Assembly (NCBI GenBank): GCA_973895155.1 | Contig: OZ316893.1 | Span: forward strand, 4,702,977-4,766,976 | From: Marsupella aquatica | Lineage: Eukaryota > Plantae > Marchantiophyta | Direction of reading: 5' to 3' | DNA: 64,000 nt | Part shown: positions 37,947 to 51,669 of the stretch, piece by piece | Position numbering within the stretch: the stretch's first letter is position 1 | Layout: the number at the start of each line of letters is the position of its first letter | The notes under the pieces: generated by a model | Told to the model about the DNA's origin: nothing | What the model saw: the letters and a program-made list of their open reading frames with translations, nothing else | Databases searched by the model: none | Translations under genes and position numbers: made by a program

Positions 37947-38171
37947 AGTACAGAGTAGGAACGATCAATTCTCCATCAACCCATCTCACATCCTAGAGTC
38001 CAAATAAGAAAGGTCGATTCTCCATAATCTCTCACATCCTAGAGCACAGAGCGAGGTACAGAGTAGGAAAGCTCAATCCACCATCTACTCATCTCACATC
38101 CTAAAGTACACAGTAGGAAAGCTCAATTAATCTCAGTCAACTCATCTCATATCCTAGACGACAGAGTAGGA
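37947..38171. repeat. Degenerate tandem repeat, ~50-bp unit x4-5
   Basis: GTACAGAGTAGGAA.G.TCAAT....CATCTCACATCCTAGA recurs. Confidence 0.8.
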
Positions 38172-41100
38172 CGCAGACGTGTGCTAGTTTTTTTTTGCGC
38201 TAACAGTAAAGAGCTCCGTAATGAATGAATTAAAGTACAGTCCAAGAACCACAATCCAGATATCAGACAGAAAAGACAGCACTAATCTAAGGACTTGAGT
38301 CACGTTACAATATCATATGATTTTAAGACAGACAGAAAGAAAACGGTCACCACAAGCCCTCCGTTTCATCTGCGCAGCTCCCCTGAGAAAGCGATTCTCA
38401 GGCTCACTCTACGCCTCACAAGTGTGTATCTACAGTGTAAGCGGAATGACAACTTTTGATAGCGAAGAGGGTCATCGTCATGAATGTGAGGACCTCGATT
38501 GCCAAGATTTTCTCCTGGTTTGCTGCAGCTTGAAGTTTGTGCATTCTCGTGGCACTTTACGGCCATGATAAACTTGCACCGAGTCTCAGGTTGCTCGAGT
38601 CTCTTTAACAAGAAAACGACTTGATTCCACAAAAGGTACTGTACTTCTACGAAAAAGAGAGTCGTGAATCGGGAAAAGTCTCTACACAAAAGTATTTTAC
38701 TAAACATGTACATCATTTGTACAAGCTTCTTGGACTGTACAGAGGCCTAAGAAGAGGCCCGAGAAGAGGACACGGCACGGAACAATCATAAATCCATAGC
38801 ACTATGGCCGCATCATAGCTATCCAGATCACGGGATGAGACACGGAAGTTTAGAAAACGGTTGCATGCAGTCAACTTTGTAGTCAACTACTTTGAACACG
38901 TTTCCTTCGGCTGATGCATAACATGCCATTCGTTTCAACACAGGACTTGACCGGCCCATCAAGCTGCGCTGCAGAATTTCCTAGAAGTTGATTAAACAAA
39001 GCTTTGACGATCGTGTACACAAACTAATGTGGGTCAGCTATCACGCAAGGTATTTTCGTATTTTCCAAGCAGGGATTCCGATGAGATATTTGGAGAGCAA
39101 TTAATTCCCCTTCCAACTTCCAAACCTGTCTAACCTTTCAGTGGGAATCGGACAGAGAGATAAAGACATCGATGTCGAGGATGCAGAAAGTCGTTCGATA
39201 GATCGGATCGCATAGCGTGTGCAACCCAAGTCCATACCGGGTTGACGAAATGAGCATGCAGAGAACAATAATCCGATTGAGTGTGACAGAGGACATTATG
39301 ATGAACAGCTCCGAGTTCTGCAATAATTCTGCAATAATTCATCACCCTTTTTAATCAGCAAAGGAATTTTCCATTTCTTTTTCAGCAGAAAAGGTCGGGA
39401 AACTTACCAGGAATACAAAACGCAAGTGATGCTCTGAACTTTAAGAAAAATGAAATACAGATCTATCAATGTAGAGCAACGCAATGCAAAAGGGTGAGAA
39501 TTTTTAAGATGCGAGCAAGCAGAAATTCTCGCTGGCTAGTAAGAGTAATGCTAGCGAGTCAGCTCTATAATCATGCCTTTTGATTTTGGCTGGCTTTCGG
39601 ATTTCTAGTGCATTTCTCTCCGCATTTCTAGGACTCCATGTGGGTAGAGAGATTGCTAGCCAAGAGAGGAGTCGAAAAACTGGGTTGTATGAGACATGCC
39701 AGACTTTAAGATATTACACCAAGTTTTGGCCTAGGGACCAAGTTTGCTAATGAAGTGGTGAATATTTGACCAAGGTTTTTTCCTCGCTTGTATGAGAAAA
39801 AGTTATGGTACTGCAAGGAAAGCTTTGCTCACATGGTAATGATACCTCAAGAGTGTGATATCTAAAGGTCACATCTAGTGTAGGAACTAAGTCTGCAAGT
39901 AATACAGATGTCCTAAGTCTCTGTTGATGCGCACTAGTACCCACCAGTAGAGACCAATAACATATCATCTGGATTTGATGAGCATGCCGTAATGTCACTA
40001 AAATTCACAGATGGCAGTGTGTTGTTAAAACGGATATTGAAAGATTTGACTGGATTTCTTCATGGCCGTTTTTCAAGGGTTCATAAGCACAAAGAGGTTC
40101 GTAAGCCATATGATGAGGAGGAGCAAGTGCCGGTTTGAGTTGAGTGAGGTAAGGGTCAAAGTCAGGTTAACCGCACTGACTGGAAAGGATGAAAGAAAGT
40201 GGCATGTGAAAATTCTTCCTCAACCTGAGAGAAAAGGGATCCTACACTTGGCCAAGACCTTGTGGTTTGGTCTGCCATTTGTTGAGTCATCTCCTACCCC
40301 CACTCGGGTAGATGTGTTTGTTTAGATTGTTTTATTAGATTGATCAGGAAACAAAATGTCCTTAGCAGTCAACCATTGATCTGAAATGACTATTTACGTT
40401 TTGCCCTACAAAATGAGGGCAGCTGTTTGCAGCTTCAATTTTCCTGACCCGATTTGGCATCCAATCACTAGTAAGTTAGTTTGAGGACTCCGATCTGCGT
40501 GCTGTTTTCCTTTAGCTAATTCAGTAAGAGACATAGTCGCTGGAAATGTCTTAAGTGGTTTATCAAATTAAGTTGTGTGCCCACCTGCGTTTGCTATGAT
40601 CGTGTGAACAGAGCATGCACCGGCTCATGGAACAATCTGGAACACCAAGCACATTTGGACGGGCTCAGAAAGTAAGTTGGAAGATGAGCCTTTTGGATCT
40701 CTATATGAGTGCGCATCCTCCCCTTAATTCCAAATCTCATGATTTTACCTTCAGGATTATTACTTGGAAGTTTAAGTCTAAATGGACCACAACACATTTG
40801 CAGTGGCTCTCTCGTCTATGGCCAGATCTATGGGTGAAACCAGGTCTAAGGGAAATTGAAACAGAAACAAAATAAATAAATATCTCAATAAGACAAAGTT
40901 ATCTGTCTGAGTAGGCTCCCAAACGGGGTAACACCAGAGACACCTGAGTAAATAATCCACCCATTAATTCTGTTCAAATTAATTGAATAGCCATTTCTTA
41001 ATGAGGTCTTGTGCATGTCTAAGAACTACAGTAGGTGCTAAGTCTTCTTGACCATTTTCAACCATACTTGCCATTGAATGGTTGCTCCAACTTTAAGCAA

Positions 41101-44100
41101 ACTTCCCCCAATGGTATTAAAAAGCCTATAAGGCTATATCCTACATCCTATATACATATACTGGCCTATAGAGGCAAAAATATAACTAAATTAATGTGTG
41201 AAGATCCCCTCAAAGAACGTAAAGTACTAAGCTTGTCTTGCAGTGTTTCCCTCTCAAACTGATTCTGATGTCAAGAAGCTTGTATTGTAGTGTTTCCCTC
41301 TCCAAAAAGACGTTGATGTTAAGAAGTCAGAATCATTAATAATTTGTTTTTAGATAGAGTTTGAATGATTTTTTATGAAGCACCTTAAAGCAAGTCAGAA
41401 TAAATTCGTTTTGATGACTTAGTACCTATGCCCTCTCCTCACTACTCAATGGCCTTACAAAATGTTGGCCCCACTATTAAAGCCCTCCCCTCATGTCATT
41501 CTTCTAATAGACAAGTGCTTAGCTTCTAAAAGATTGTGAGTCCCTTTAGACTGAGTGGTGTGTATTTCATTTGCTTCTCACCTACAGCAGTTAGTGACAG
41601 GTAAGTCACTCAAGACTGTAAACTTAGGAAATAAAAATGCGAGAGTAGTTAAAAGGGGAAGCCTGGGCATTATCTTGAGGTTTTTTCCTCATATACTCCT
41701 TGGAAGAGATAACCCCTCATGTAATAAATATTCATTTGAATAATCTGCAAGGATATATGAAACTTCAAATGAAGATAATGTAATGTGATTATGATGGGTA
41801 AGATTGAATACTAAAATTAAAACAAACGAGGGGTCTAGGACAAGAAATAAAAAACACTAAGAGGGGAAAGGCAATTTCAAAATCAAATATTTAGTTCAAT
41901 AATCTTGTCAAAGGCAAATTGACACAAAAAATCCATAACACAAACCTCAACAAGAGAAAGTACTAACCTGAGTAGTCTCTCAAACAAGGTAAGGCCAAAA
42001 ATGTATTTGAAAGGGGACTTACCCTAATCACCCACTATTTATTTGCCCAGGTACGTGAAAAGCAGATCTACCGTGCAGGCTCTCCCACTCACTTCCCATA
42101 GGAACCGTCTTATCTTCAAAACAGTTTTTTGTGTGAATTTCCTAGAAAAGATTAACTCCTCTAGATCTAGTACTTTGTGGAAAGTAAGTCTCATGGAGAG
42201 CTATGTAGATCACCCCCTATGGAGATGACACTGATAGTGAAACATACACCAAAATAAAATATGCCCTTTCCTATGCATGATTGTCCTGTATGCGAGATAC
42301 ATCATACGGGTTACCCAGAATACGTATACATGAACTTGTGGACATGTTGAAATGACTATAGAAGCTTCGACATTATTGATTAAATCCACTGACATTACCA
42401 CTTCGAGATCGTTTATTATGTGGTAACATACAAAAGTCCTAACTGATGTAGAATCTCCAGAACTAGCTCGTACACAAACCACGGCGCTCTTGTTCACTAT
42501 GTGGAGCCCTCTTTTTTTGCCTCAAATACACGAGTGGGTGGAGGAAACTGCAGGGAAGCGTATGGTGGGGGCTAGTGTGGGCAGTCTAGGAGACGATTGT
42601 TTGGGAGAGGGAGGGGACCGACAGACGACAGGGGAAAGTTTTAATGTTCCTACCCACGTTTCTCTTAGCATCAGCTTTATTTCCCCCTCCTTGAGTATTA
42701 TTTTACTGGGCCGTTCTTTGCCACATTAGAGGTATTGTTTAATGCAAGCAAACATGAATTTTGTTAGGGAGGAGAGTGTTATTAGCGAGACACTAGTGGT
42801 TTTTAATTTCTTTTGCTTTTTGCTGCCTTTTATATTTTTTGTGGTTTTCTATGACTCCAAATGGCTAGCTAGTTTGCTAGCAAAATTAGGACTCCCCAAA
42901 ATGGAATGTTGTGAACCAGGTTGTTGTTAACTAGGCAGTTGGATATATAAAAATTAACGGTCATGTGAGAAAAGTTTCTGCTCATGCGAGGATTTTTTTA
43001 CTGTTTCCTCATGCTACAATGTCCCATCACGTTACGTCCCTATCCTGTGTGAGTTGTTATTCCCTATAACTCCTGCCTTGGGTAACTATGTTGCAAAACT
43101 ACGCCAATCCAATAATCTCTATTCACACATTTAGGAACCAAAGGATAGAACAACTACAGTAAATGAGCAATTAATCAAATGAGAGAGTTTCCCCTGCCTG
43201 ACATGCTGGATAAAGAACCAGGGCAGTTCCCCCCTCTTTAAAGAAAAGGGAATAGGTGAGTGAATGAACCACTGCAAAGCGTGTATTTAGACTGTTACTT
43301 TTATCGTCCACTCAAATAACATCTTTTGGATGATTTGCTCACTTTTTGTGCCAAAGACGTGTGTGATCCATGAGAATCCTGAGATCAAATGTTTATGCCC
43401 GGTCCATCCTAGCATCCACTATGGCTAGAATTAATTCATTTTGCACAAATGAGAAAATCCTTAGGGTGTTTTAGTGACAGTGCCAATATGGCTATTTCGT
43501 GAAAATCTTCAAGGAATATCCTGTTTTTGACATTTCCGTGACCCCAATACAAATTGCCTCGTCGAAAACAAAGCTCTAACTTCGTTCATTGAAAATCACC
43601 CTGGCTACTGCATACTGACCGTGTCCTTTCCTAGTGTCGCTAATAAAATGATGATACTACTGTTTCTGCTGTCACGAGTAGCTGTAATTAATATTACCTC
43701 ATCTACTCTACTGCAGGACCATGCATGCCGAGATCCAAAACGTTTAATTACTCCCAAGCAAGCAAACGAGAACCAGGCTTTTACTGTGTCGATGTGCTGA
43801 GTGGAACGCTGTTGGCCATCTATGCTGGCCTGAGTGTGCAGGCCAAAGCTCCTGTATCCCCGCTGAGCCTCCTGTGTAGCCGTTGAATGTGAGCTACGCC
43901 CAGAATTGTTTACGAGAACCGAGGCTTCGTTTACATTTAGTACGATCCTGACAATATTGGAATGGAGCAGTGATTTGAGCCAGGGTCGATCTTATCCTTG
44001 CTCGGTCGAAAGGGTCACTTCTCAGAAACGTCACAACTAGACTTATTTGGATATCTCGAGTCGGCTCAAATTTCCATTCAATCATCCTCAGTCTCAAAGA

Positions 44101-44299
44101 GCGCTACGGCTTAAAATACGAGTAAGTTGATGTCCACTTTTTCCAATTTTCTAATAGCTTGTTGTGAAGGGTTTAATTCGGAGCTCTTCAACTATCTTTG
44201 ACGGCTCCCTCTTGTTTAAAATACGAGTACGTTGATGTCCACCTTTTTCCTTTTTCTAATAGTTTGTTTTGGAGATTTTTGGGGTTTTACACGTATCTT

Positions 44300-44700
44300 T
44301 GACTTTCTTATTGGCATGTGCAGTTTCTTGTGTAGAGCGGAGGACTTGTCCCAAAATTTCTTCCCTGGATGCCGTCTTCTGACAGTGGCTGGGTGTTTGT
44401 AGCACTGCAAAGACTCAGGCATTCACTGTTCATTCTAGGGCCAAGGTTGTTGGCTTTAGGTCCTCTAGACAAGTTCTACTAGTGACCCTAGTTTACATCA
44501 AGGCTTTGCACTTTGATGCTCGGAAGGATTTAGTTTACAATTGTGAGGGACTCTTGGCTCCTCATGGTTTTCCATTGTTTTCTCCCATTTATTGGGTCTC
44601 CTGCATGCCTGCCTTTGGGATCCTGTCGCCCGCTTTGGGGCTCTTAATTTGTCAATAGGAATCCTGTCTCCAGGTTTGGAGCACTTTGTCCTTAAGCAGT
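44300..44700 (+). mobile_element. Degenerate retroelement fragment related to 30950-31010 and 48950-49420
   Basis: Shares CAAGGTTGTTGGCTTT...GTGACCCT with about 49203-49252, and TTTATTGG....TGCATGCC...TTTGGGATC with the reverse complement of about 30945-30980. Confidence 0.45.
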
Positions 44701-44955
44701 GCCACTCATCCAAGTCACTCGGGAGGTTTGGTCTAGAGCTTAGGCGTAGAGAGGAGACCAGAACCTCGACCAGGCAGCTGCAGGGAAGCAAAACCTCCGA
44801 GTATATATAGATTGAGTAGATCTCGGAGAGAATGTCAGTTCCACATGGCTGTGGAGAACTCTGTTCGTCTATTACCGAGGTTAGGAATTAGTGAGTACGC
44901 TGTGGGCTGATCCGAACAACAAGTAGGCTCGTTTGTTGGTTGAGGGAGAGCAGAA

Positions 44956-47900
44956 ATGGAATCAGAGAGCCCAGACTTTCGAGATTACGAAGCGAATCCC
45001 AAAGCTTTCAATGGCACGGAGAAAGTTGCACCCGTCTCAGAAGCAGCGGGGTTTGGAGAGCTACATCGGCAAACAGGTTTGCGCGCCACCTTCAATAAGT
45101 TCTTATGGCACGGTGGCTCCGTTTACGACGCCTGGTTGACTGCCGTTTCAGCTCAAGTACGCGAACTCTGAACTCAAGCTCTTGGAAGTCTCCGCGGCAT
45201 CCTGAATCATGTCTGCCTTGAAGTCATATGAGCTCGCAAACCATTGATGTATCGTGTATGGCCTCATATCGCCCCAGCACGCAAGCAAGACTGCGCCCAG
45301 CAAGTTTTATGAAATTGAGTATGATTGATCACAACTATATGCATGTAATTATGTCGATGCTTGTTTGATTCAGGTTGGGCAGGTCATCTTATCAATGCCT
45401 ACCTCATACGCCCAGATGGGTCTCAAGCTTGGCATCTTTTTTCATCTTTTTTACGTTACGCTCGGAATTTGGACTTGCTATTTGCTAGCTCGTTTGTACA
45501 CCGAGTACCGGAATCGTGAGGAGAAAAAAGGAAACGAGTTTAAGAATCATGTCATTCAGGTAACACACTCCTGCTTCGATCTTGAATTATATGCTTCTCT
45601 CACCGATACTGTTCGGCTTTAATTAGACATTAGCAACTGAGTGACACGAATTTGGACATTGATGGAGGCGACTGAGAGGAGTAGATCATGTGAATGTGCA
45701 GTATCATGAACTGATTGGATCCATGATAGGACCGTGGTCAAGACGCGTCGTTTTGTTCTTCAATGTGATGACGATGGGGTCCGTAGCCACAGTGCAGATC
45801 GTTGCCTGTGCCAGGTTTGTTCGCTAACTTCAATTTTTCCTTCCTATTGGTGTAATGGATTGATAATTGGTAGCTATATACGGGAACGTTACATGCCCAG
45901 TTGCATGAATGCTTTTTGTATGCTTATGGCAATCAAATTGCTTGCTTGCCGGCGCAAAGTCCCATGACTCTCTGTGGCATACGCTCAATCGTTCTCGTAT
46001 GGGCATCAGGCTTGAGTTGATGTTGTGGGTTTCCATATTCCACGCGATTTCACGGATGTTATGGAAACTTCACATCGTTTTTAGCCAAAATAGTATTATG
46101 GACCGAATGACAAATGGAGTTCTGTTCATTTGCAATGCCTGTATGAACAGCGCTTGATTCGCCGGTATTGACATCACCTACTAACCTATACAAGTTGAGG
46201 GAGTGATGGCATTTGGCTTCTGGCTTATGGATTTGCTTTCAGCAACGCATACTACCTGAGCACCCATTTCAACAAGCAACAGTGGGCGCTGATTTGGGGA
46301 GCCCTGTCCATGGGCATGGTCCTGGTGCCAACGTTGCACAACTTCAGAATGTTCTCCATCGTGGGCGTTTTGACCACCACCTACACCGCTTGGTATTTGT
46401 TGATAGCAGGTTTGACGACGCATGACAAGGTTAGAGATTTTGTTCCACTTCCCACGATTCAAAAGAACTTGCTCGATCGCACTTTAATAAGGATCAAATC
46501 ATCCAATCCATCCTGATGAGTCTCGCACATTACAAGAGAAGTGAATTCCGACATTGCGGTGTGAAAGTTCTCATGAAAATTTTTCGCACCCTTTTGTTGC
46601 ATACTAGCGAACTTAAACTGGGTTTCGAGCTGTGTGTACATCGCCAAATTGACGGCACGATAGTAGGATAGTCTACTCAACCATCTAGAGCTGTGGTTGG
46701 GACATATAAGACAGATTCAGTTGGTGTCTCCTCCCTCCTGTCGGTCATTCGTCGAAAAGCTCCAGAATTGTACTTCCACTTAAGGGGCCTGCTGCATGTG
46801 TTGGATTCCTCAGACGACTAAAATAACGCATAGTGGTCCAAGAAGCTTGGTGGAATTCTTTACCGGGACTACCAATATCTTGTTTGCAACTGGGGGTCAT
46901 GCAATTACAATGTGCGTATTCTATCCTGAACCTCTCCTTACTGCAATTCAACTTTCGGTAGGGTCCAGAGCTTTGTATGGAATATACCTCTTGAGTAATA
47001 ATCGAACACAAAAGTGATTACACGTACACGCTGCACATCTGCAACGAACAAATTCCATAGCGTCACACATTCTTCAAACTAAGGATATGTTCACATGCCG
47101 GTAACTCAAATTCTACTTTCTGGTGGTTGCAGAGAAATAATGCATGCTATGTGGAGGCCTCGCAAGTACAAATACGTGTACGTGCTGAATTGCATCTACG
47201 TGCTGACTATCACCATGCCTCACTGCATCGCTTTGTATTACAACTATGGAGATATCCTTTTGACTCATAGCAACGCATTTGCTGTTCTACCTCGGTCTCA
47301 TGCTCGCAGTACCGGTATCGTCTTTATGATCCTTCACCAGGTACGTACACTTGCATCCTCACTTTCAATCTCTTAATCCTCTTTGCAAAAACTGATGTCC
47401 TCGCGTTCTTCCACAATGTTCAATTAATTAACGACACGCCCCCCAAGAGACGATCCAACGGTAGCACATGCACCTCCACGACAAGTGAGAAAATTTAGAG
47501 CACTTTCAAACCGCACGAGACAAATTGCTCCACTTTATTTCTTTAAAGTACTTTGTAACTGTGCTCCTGACCCCATGCTGTCCTGTATCATGCGACCATG
47601 CGTCCTTACTCAGTGGTCCACAAAGTGGTGGACTTACAAAAATATTTAAGAGTGCGAGACTTCATGATCGAAGCCGGTTTCAATCAGGTCGAGACCAAGT
47701 CGATGCGCATCTCCAACCTCCACGTACGTACGTCGACATGATGTGCAGAGTGTACATTGCGGACAATGTCTTGCTAGTGTTTACCGTTAGCTCCACCACG
47801 ACGACGAGGTCTGCTCACGACATGCATCATGCCAGAACCGTACCTAGACTTTTAAAAACTCGAGAATTGGAGACAGACCTGCATGCAAGCCTGCCGAAAC

Positions 47901-50900
47901 TGTCCCACCAACAAGATTTGTCGTCCCCGTAGTCAGACAGGACTTTTTCAAGGGTCTGCTGGTCTCGACACCTTCATACATCGCCATTCCGTATCACCAC
48001 TGGCAGCTCTGAACGCAGTACTGCCGGCATATGACAGCAAAGGCGAATTGTGCTCACTCTCATGGTGATCGGACCGTGTCTAGATTCTATGCTTACCATC
48101 CATCGGAACTTGAAGACGGTACCGCAAACTGTCCAGTGAGTGTGGACCAGGCTCCAGAGCGATTCCATAGAAGTCCAGGAAGCTGAGAAATTTTATCGCC
48201 GTAACATTTAATGGGCCTGCCGCCAATTGCGTAGGCTAGTGTCGAACGAGTTAACGAAGAAAATTATCCTCTAAAGATTGATGCTGGCCGTCGATCTCCG
48301 GACAGAGCTGGTACACAGCAGTAAAACTTAAGCTCGCTGCTGGATGTTGCAGGGATTCGTTTCTTTGAATGTTTGTGTAACCTTGTTTGCCTCGCGACCG
48401 GATCGTTTCTTGAAGTGTTTATTTAACCTTGTCTGCCTCACGAGTGGAGGTGGGTGCTCCACTTTTCGAGGCAAGGGCCTCCAGTAGTGAGTCCATGACT
48501 CCGTGTGCCCTACCTCACCCACTTGTACTTGTGGGGCTTGTTTGGACTTGAGGGAATTAAATGTTCTGGTGTGGTCCCAAGAGTGAGTGAGGACACCCAC
48601 ACATGATGATATAGTTACTTAGTGTGCTAGCATTGCCCTGGATTTGGAATACCATGTCAAAACTGAGCCACACCAGGTGCTTCCACCCCACGATGATGTT
48701 CAGGAAAAGAGAGGTGATCTTGTATTGTCCAGAGTAGTAACTTCTATCTAAGGGGATGTGGTTGTGGCTGACTCTACTGGCAGAGGTTGTGTTGTGCTTC
48801 CACCCCAAGATGATGTTCAGGAGAGTATAGGTGATCTCATATTGTCCGGAGTAGGAACTTGTGCCTTAGGGGATGTGGTCGTTGCTGACCGTACTGGCAG
48901 AGTTTGAGTTGTGGTTGCTGCCGATGTACCGCACCATGTTGCAACCAAGGCAAGCTGGCTCAAGGAATAATTGAAGAAGCATATGATAGGGGCTAACCTA
49001 AAAACCTGGTTTACCCAACACTTGCTTTGGAGGTCTTTGGGGTTGGACTCCCTATTTGGGACTATTTCTTGTGAGCATGTCTGGTCGTTAACAGAGTGTG
49101 GCAGCCTTGCTCCTCAGTTTTTGTCCTTGCTGCCTTTGTTAGATAGGGATAGGGAGTTCTCTTGCACTACAAAAAGGCTCATGGATTTTCTATTTTCTGA
49201 AGGCAAGGTTGTTGGCTTTGCGGCCTTTAGAAAAATTACTCTTTGTGACCCTTATACTCGGGTTAATGTGGAGCTTTACCAGGCTTTACTGCTCACTCTG
49301 GAGGGCTTCATTTGCACTAGTTGCCATCTTGATTCTTAGGATTTCCTAGGGTCTTTCCCTTGTTTATTCCCGTTATTAGTTCTCTTGCCTTTGTGATCCT
49401 CTCTTCGGTTTTGGCCTTTTGCAATGTTTATATATAATGTTTTGTTATAACCACTTGAAAGGCCTGTAGGGGGCCCAGGTGTTATGGGTTGTCCGCACGT
49501 TGGTACTTAGTCTCGAATCTTGGCTTTTTGGTCTTCCCAAGGTTTTTCCTCGTTTCTCTCCCCATGTGGGGATACTTTCTCTCAGTTTGGCACGTTATGT
49601 TCTTTGGCAATGTTTCTATATGATGTTGTAACTGACACAGTCCTGTAGTGGGGCAGGTGTTATGTCCTCCGCAAATTGGTCCTTAGTCTCCACTCTTGGC
49701 AGGGTGATATATATAAATGTTGTAAGGACTATTGTGAAAGTCTTGTAGTGGGTCAGGCGTTATGGGTCTTTCGGCAACTTACTTGGTATTTTTTTTCCTT
49801 CGCTGCGGAATGTTGGACGACTTGCTCTGACTTGGGTTGACTTGGGTTGACCGTGAATGACAATCTTCTCCTTGAGAGGAAATTAAATAGGAACTTATTT
49901 GGCTGACTCATCAGTGCTGAGTGACGATCGCCTTTCTTGTTGTGCTTTTTTTGCATGCCTGAAACCGAAAGAATTTTTCCTGTACTTTTGTGGGTAATGT
50001 TTTGCTCGGCAATTGTCATCCGGAAGTGATCGAAAGTGACGAAATCGATACCTTCAAATCTTACGCTAATCTGAAGTGCTCTATCGACTTTGCTGTTCGC
50101 CAGTTTTTACCCTTCTGTCCGGAGGCATCGATTGGCACACAGCCGTACTCTTGTGTTAATACCTTTGACATGTTCTTAACTTTCTAAAAAATACGTACTG
50201 GTCTGATCTTCCAATTCCAGGAAATGGAGACTTTGATGCCTCCCGATTAGCAATTTGCTGCCCACCACCGCTACGTGATGTCTTCAAAGTAACTTTGTGA
50301 CTGCGCAACCAAATCAAATCCTGGTTCCCAACTACTTTGGTTGTTGAAAGGAAAATTTGGTGGCAGTATTCTTTCCCGGCCGGAAAGGAAAATAATCAAT
50401 TCTACAGAATGTTTGCGTAAGTTGTGGATGTTATACGTAACTTAACATTATTGACAATGATCTTCATTTGGAAAGCTTGCAATCTGATTCCCTGCATGTG
50501 CAAAATTGGATCGATCGATGCAGGCTGTGGCGTTTGGGCTATATGTGATGCCCTTGTTTATAATGTGGGAGAAGCTATGGGGAATTCACAATGCGTGGTT
50601 TCCCCTCCGAGCAGTGGCACGTCTCCCTGTGGCCGGTTTCCTGTGGTTTTTGGCTCTCCTCCTCCCTTTCTTCGGCCCCCTCAACAGCATCGTCGGCGCC
50701 CTCTTCATGAGCTTCAGCACGTTCATGCTTCCGTGCCTCGCCTACATCTACGTGTTTTGGACGCCTGAAGCTCGCCAGGTACCTGTCCGTCTCTGCTTTG
50801 CAAGTCTTTTTATATTCACACAAACTGTTCATTCAGAAGTGTTTATGAGGATTTTTATCGGCTCGATCATCAAACGAACACCCGTCCAGTTTCATTTTGT

Positions 50901-51669
50901 TGAAATCCCATCATTGTCCCATCTCTTGCCACAATGCTTAGTTTGAGTTTTAATTCTCCACTGGCACCCACTCCCATACCGCAGTGAGACTCACATATCG
51001 GGCAACACTTTGAGCCTGAGACCAAGTGTTCCTCAACGAAGCCAAACAATTCAATGGCCCCCTTGTTTGGTATAACTCTCCATGATTTGCTTGGTAGGTA
51101 CTGCATGATTGGGCCATCCAGTCCTGCAGCGCACGAATTTCGAGAAAATCATTTAATGCTAGTACACAAACGTCCCACCTTATGATTTCGAACTTCCGTG
51201 GGGCCTACCTCACGAGATGAAAACATACCGAGTGCCAGCTTTTGTCCCCTCTCTCGTACTGAAGGAAAGGGGATCTATTGTGCGACTTCTGTACCGTGGC
51301 ATCTCAATTATCCCATCCAGATCTCCGTCCCGGACTCCACCATTTCCTTCTCCGGCTCCAGAGGAAAGAAAAAACCAGTATTAAAGCACGAAGTACTCGT
51401 GTCGGGTGTATCATGAATGACTATGATGTTTAGTAAAAAGTACTAAAGTGACACTGTTTTTTGTTTGTGTGCACTTCGACTTGCAGAATGCCGCAGAGAA
51501 AATGTCCAGATTCTTACCAAGATGGAAGGGCGTCGTGGTGGTGAACTTCTTAGTGGTTGTCATCATCGCAGCACTTGGGACAGGATTAGGAAGCTATGCG
51601 AGCGTCGTCAACATCAAAAAGCAGATTAAGACATTTGGAGTGTTCCAGAAATGCTATCAGTGCGCTTAA
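44956..51669 (+). CDS. Divergent AUX1/LAX-family (amino acid/auxin permease) transporter; exons 44956-45156, 45374-45559, 45702-45814, 46243-46429, 46814-46911, 47133-47340, 50524-50778, 51487-51669
   Basis: LWHGGSVYDAW, FKNHVIQ, TTYTAWYL, FFTGTTNILFATGGHAITIEIMHAMWRPRKYK, RLPV, PFFGPLNS.VGA, FGVFQKCYQC; eight in-frame GT-AG exons. Confidence 0.93.
48677..48902. repeat. Intronic tandem duplication, ~117-bp unit x2
   Basis: GTGCTTCCACCCCA.GATGATGTTCAGGA...AGGTGATCT..TATTGTCC...TACTGGCAGAG occurs twice. Confidence 0.85.
48950..49420 (+). mobile_element. Degenerate retroelement fragment within intron 6 of the LAX-like gene
   Basis: Nucleotide similarity to 44300-44700; lies in an unusually long (3.2-kb) intron. 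Confidence 0.4.

Noticed and set aside
39740-40900. LINE- or Penelope-like remnants
   Set aside because: Only faint motif resemblance; not supportable by eye.
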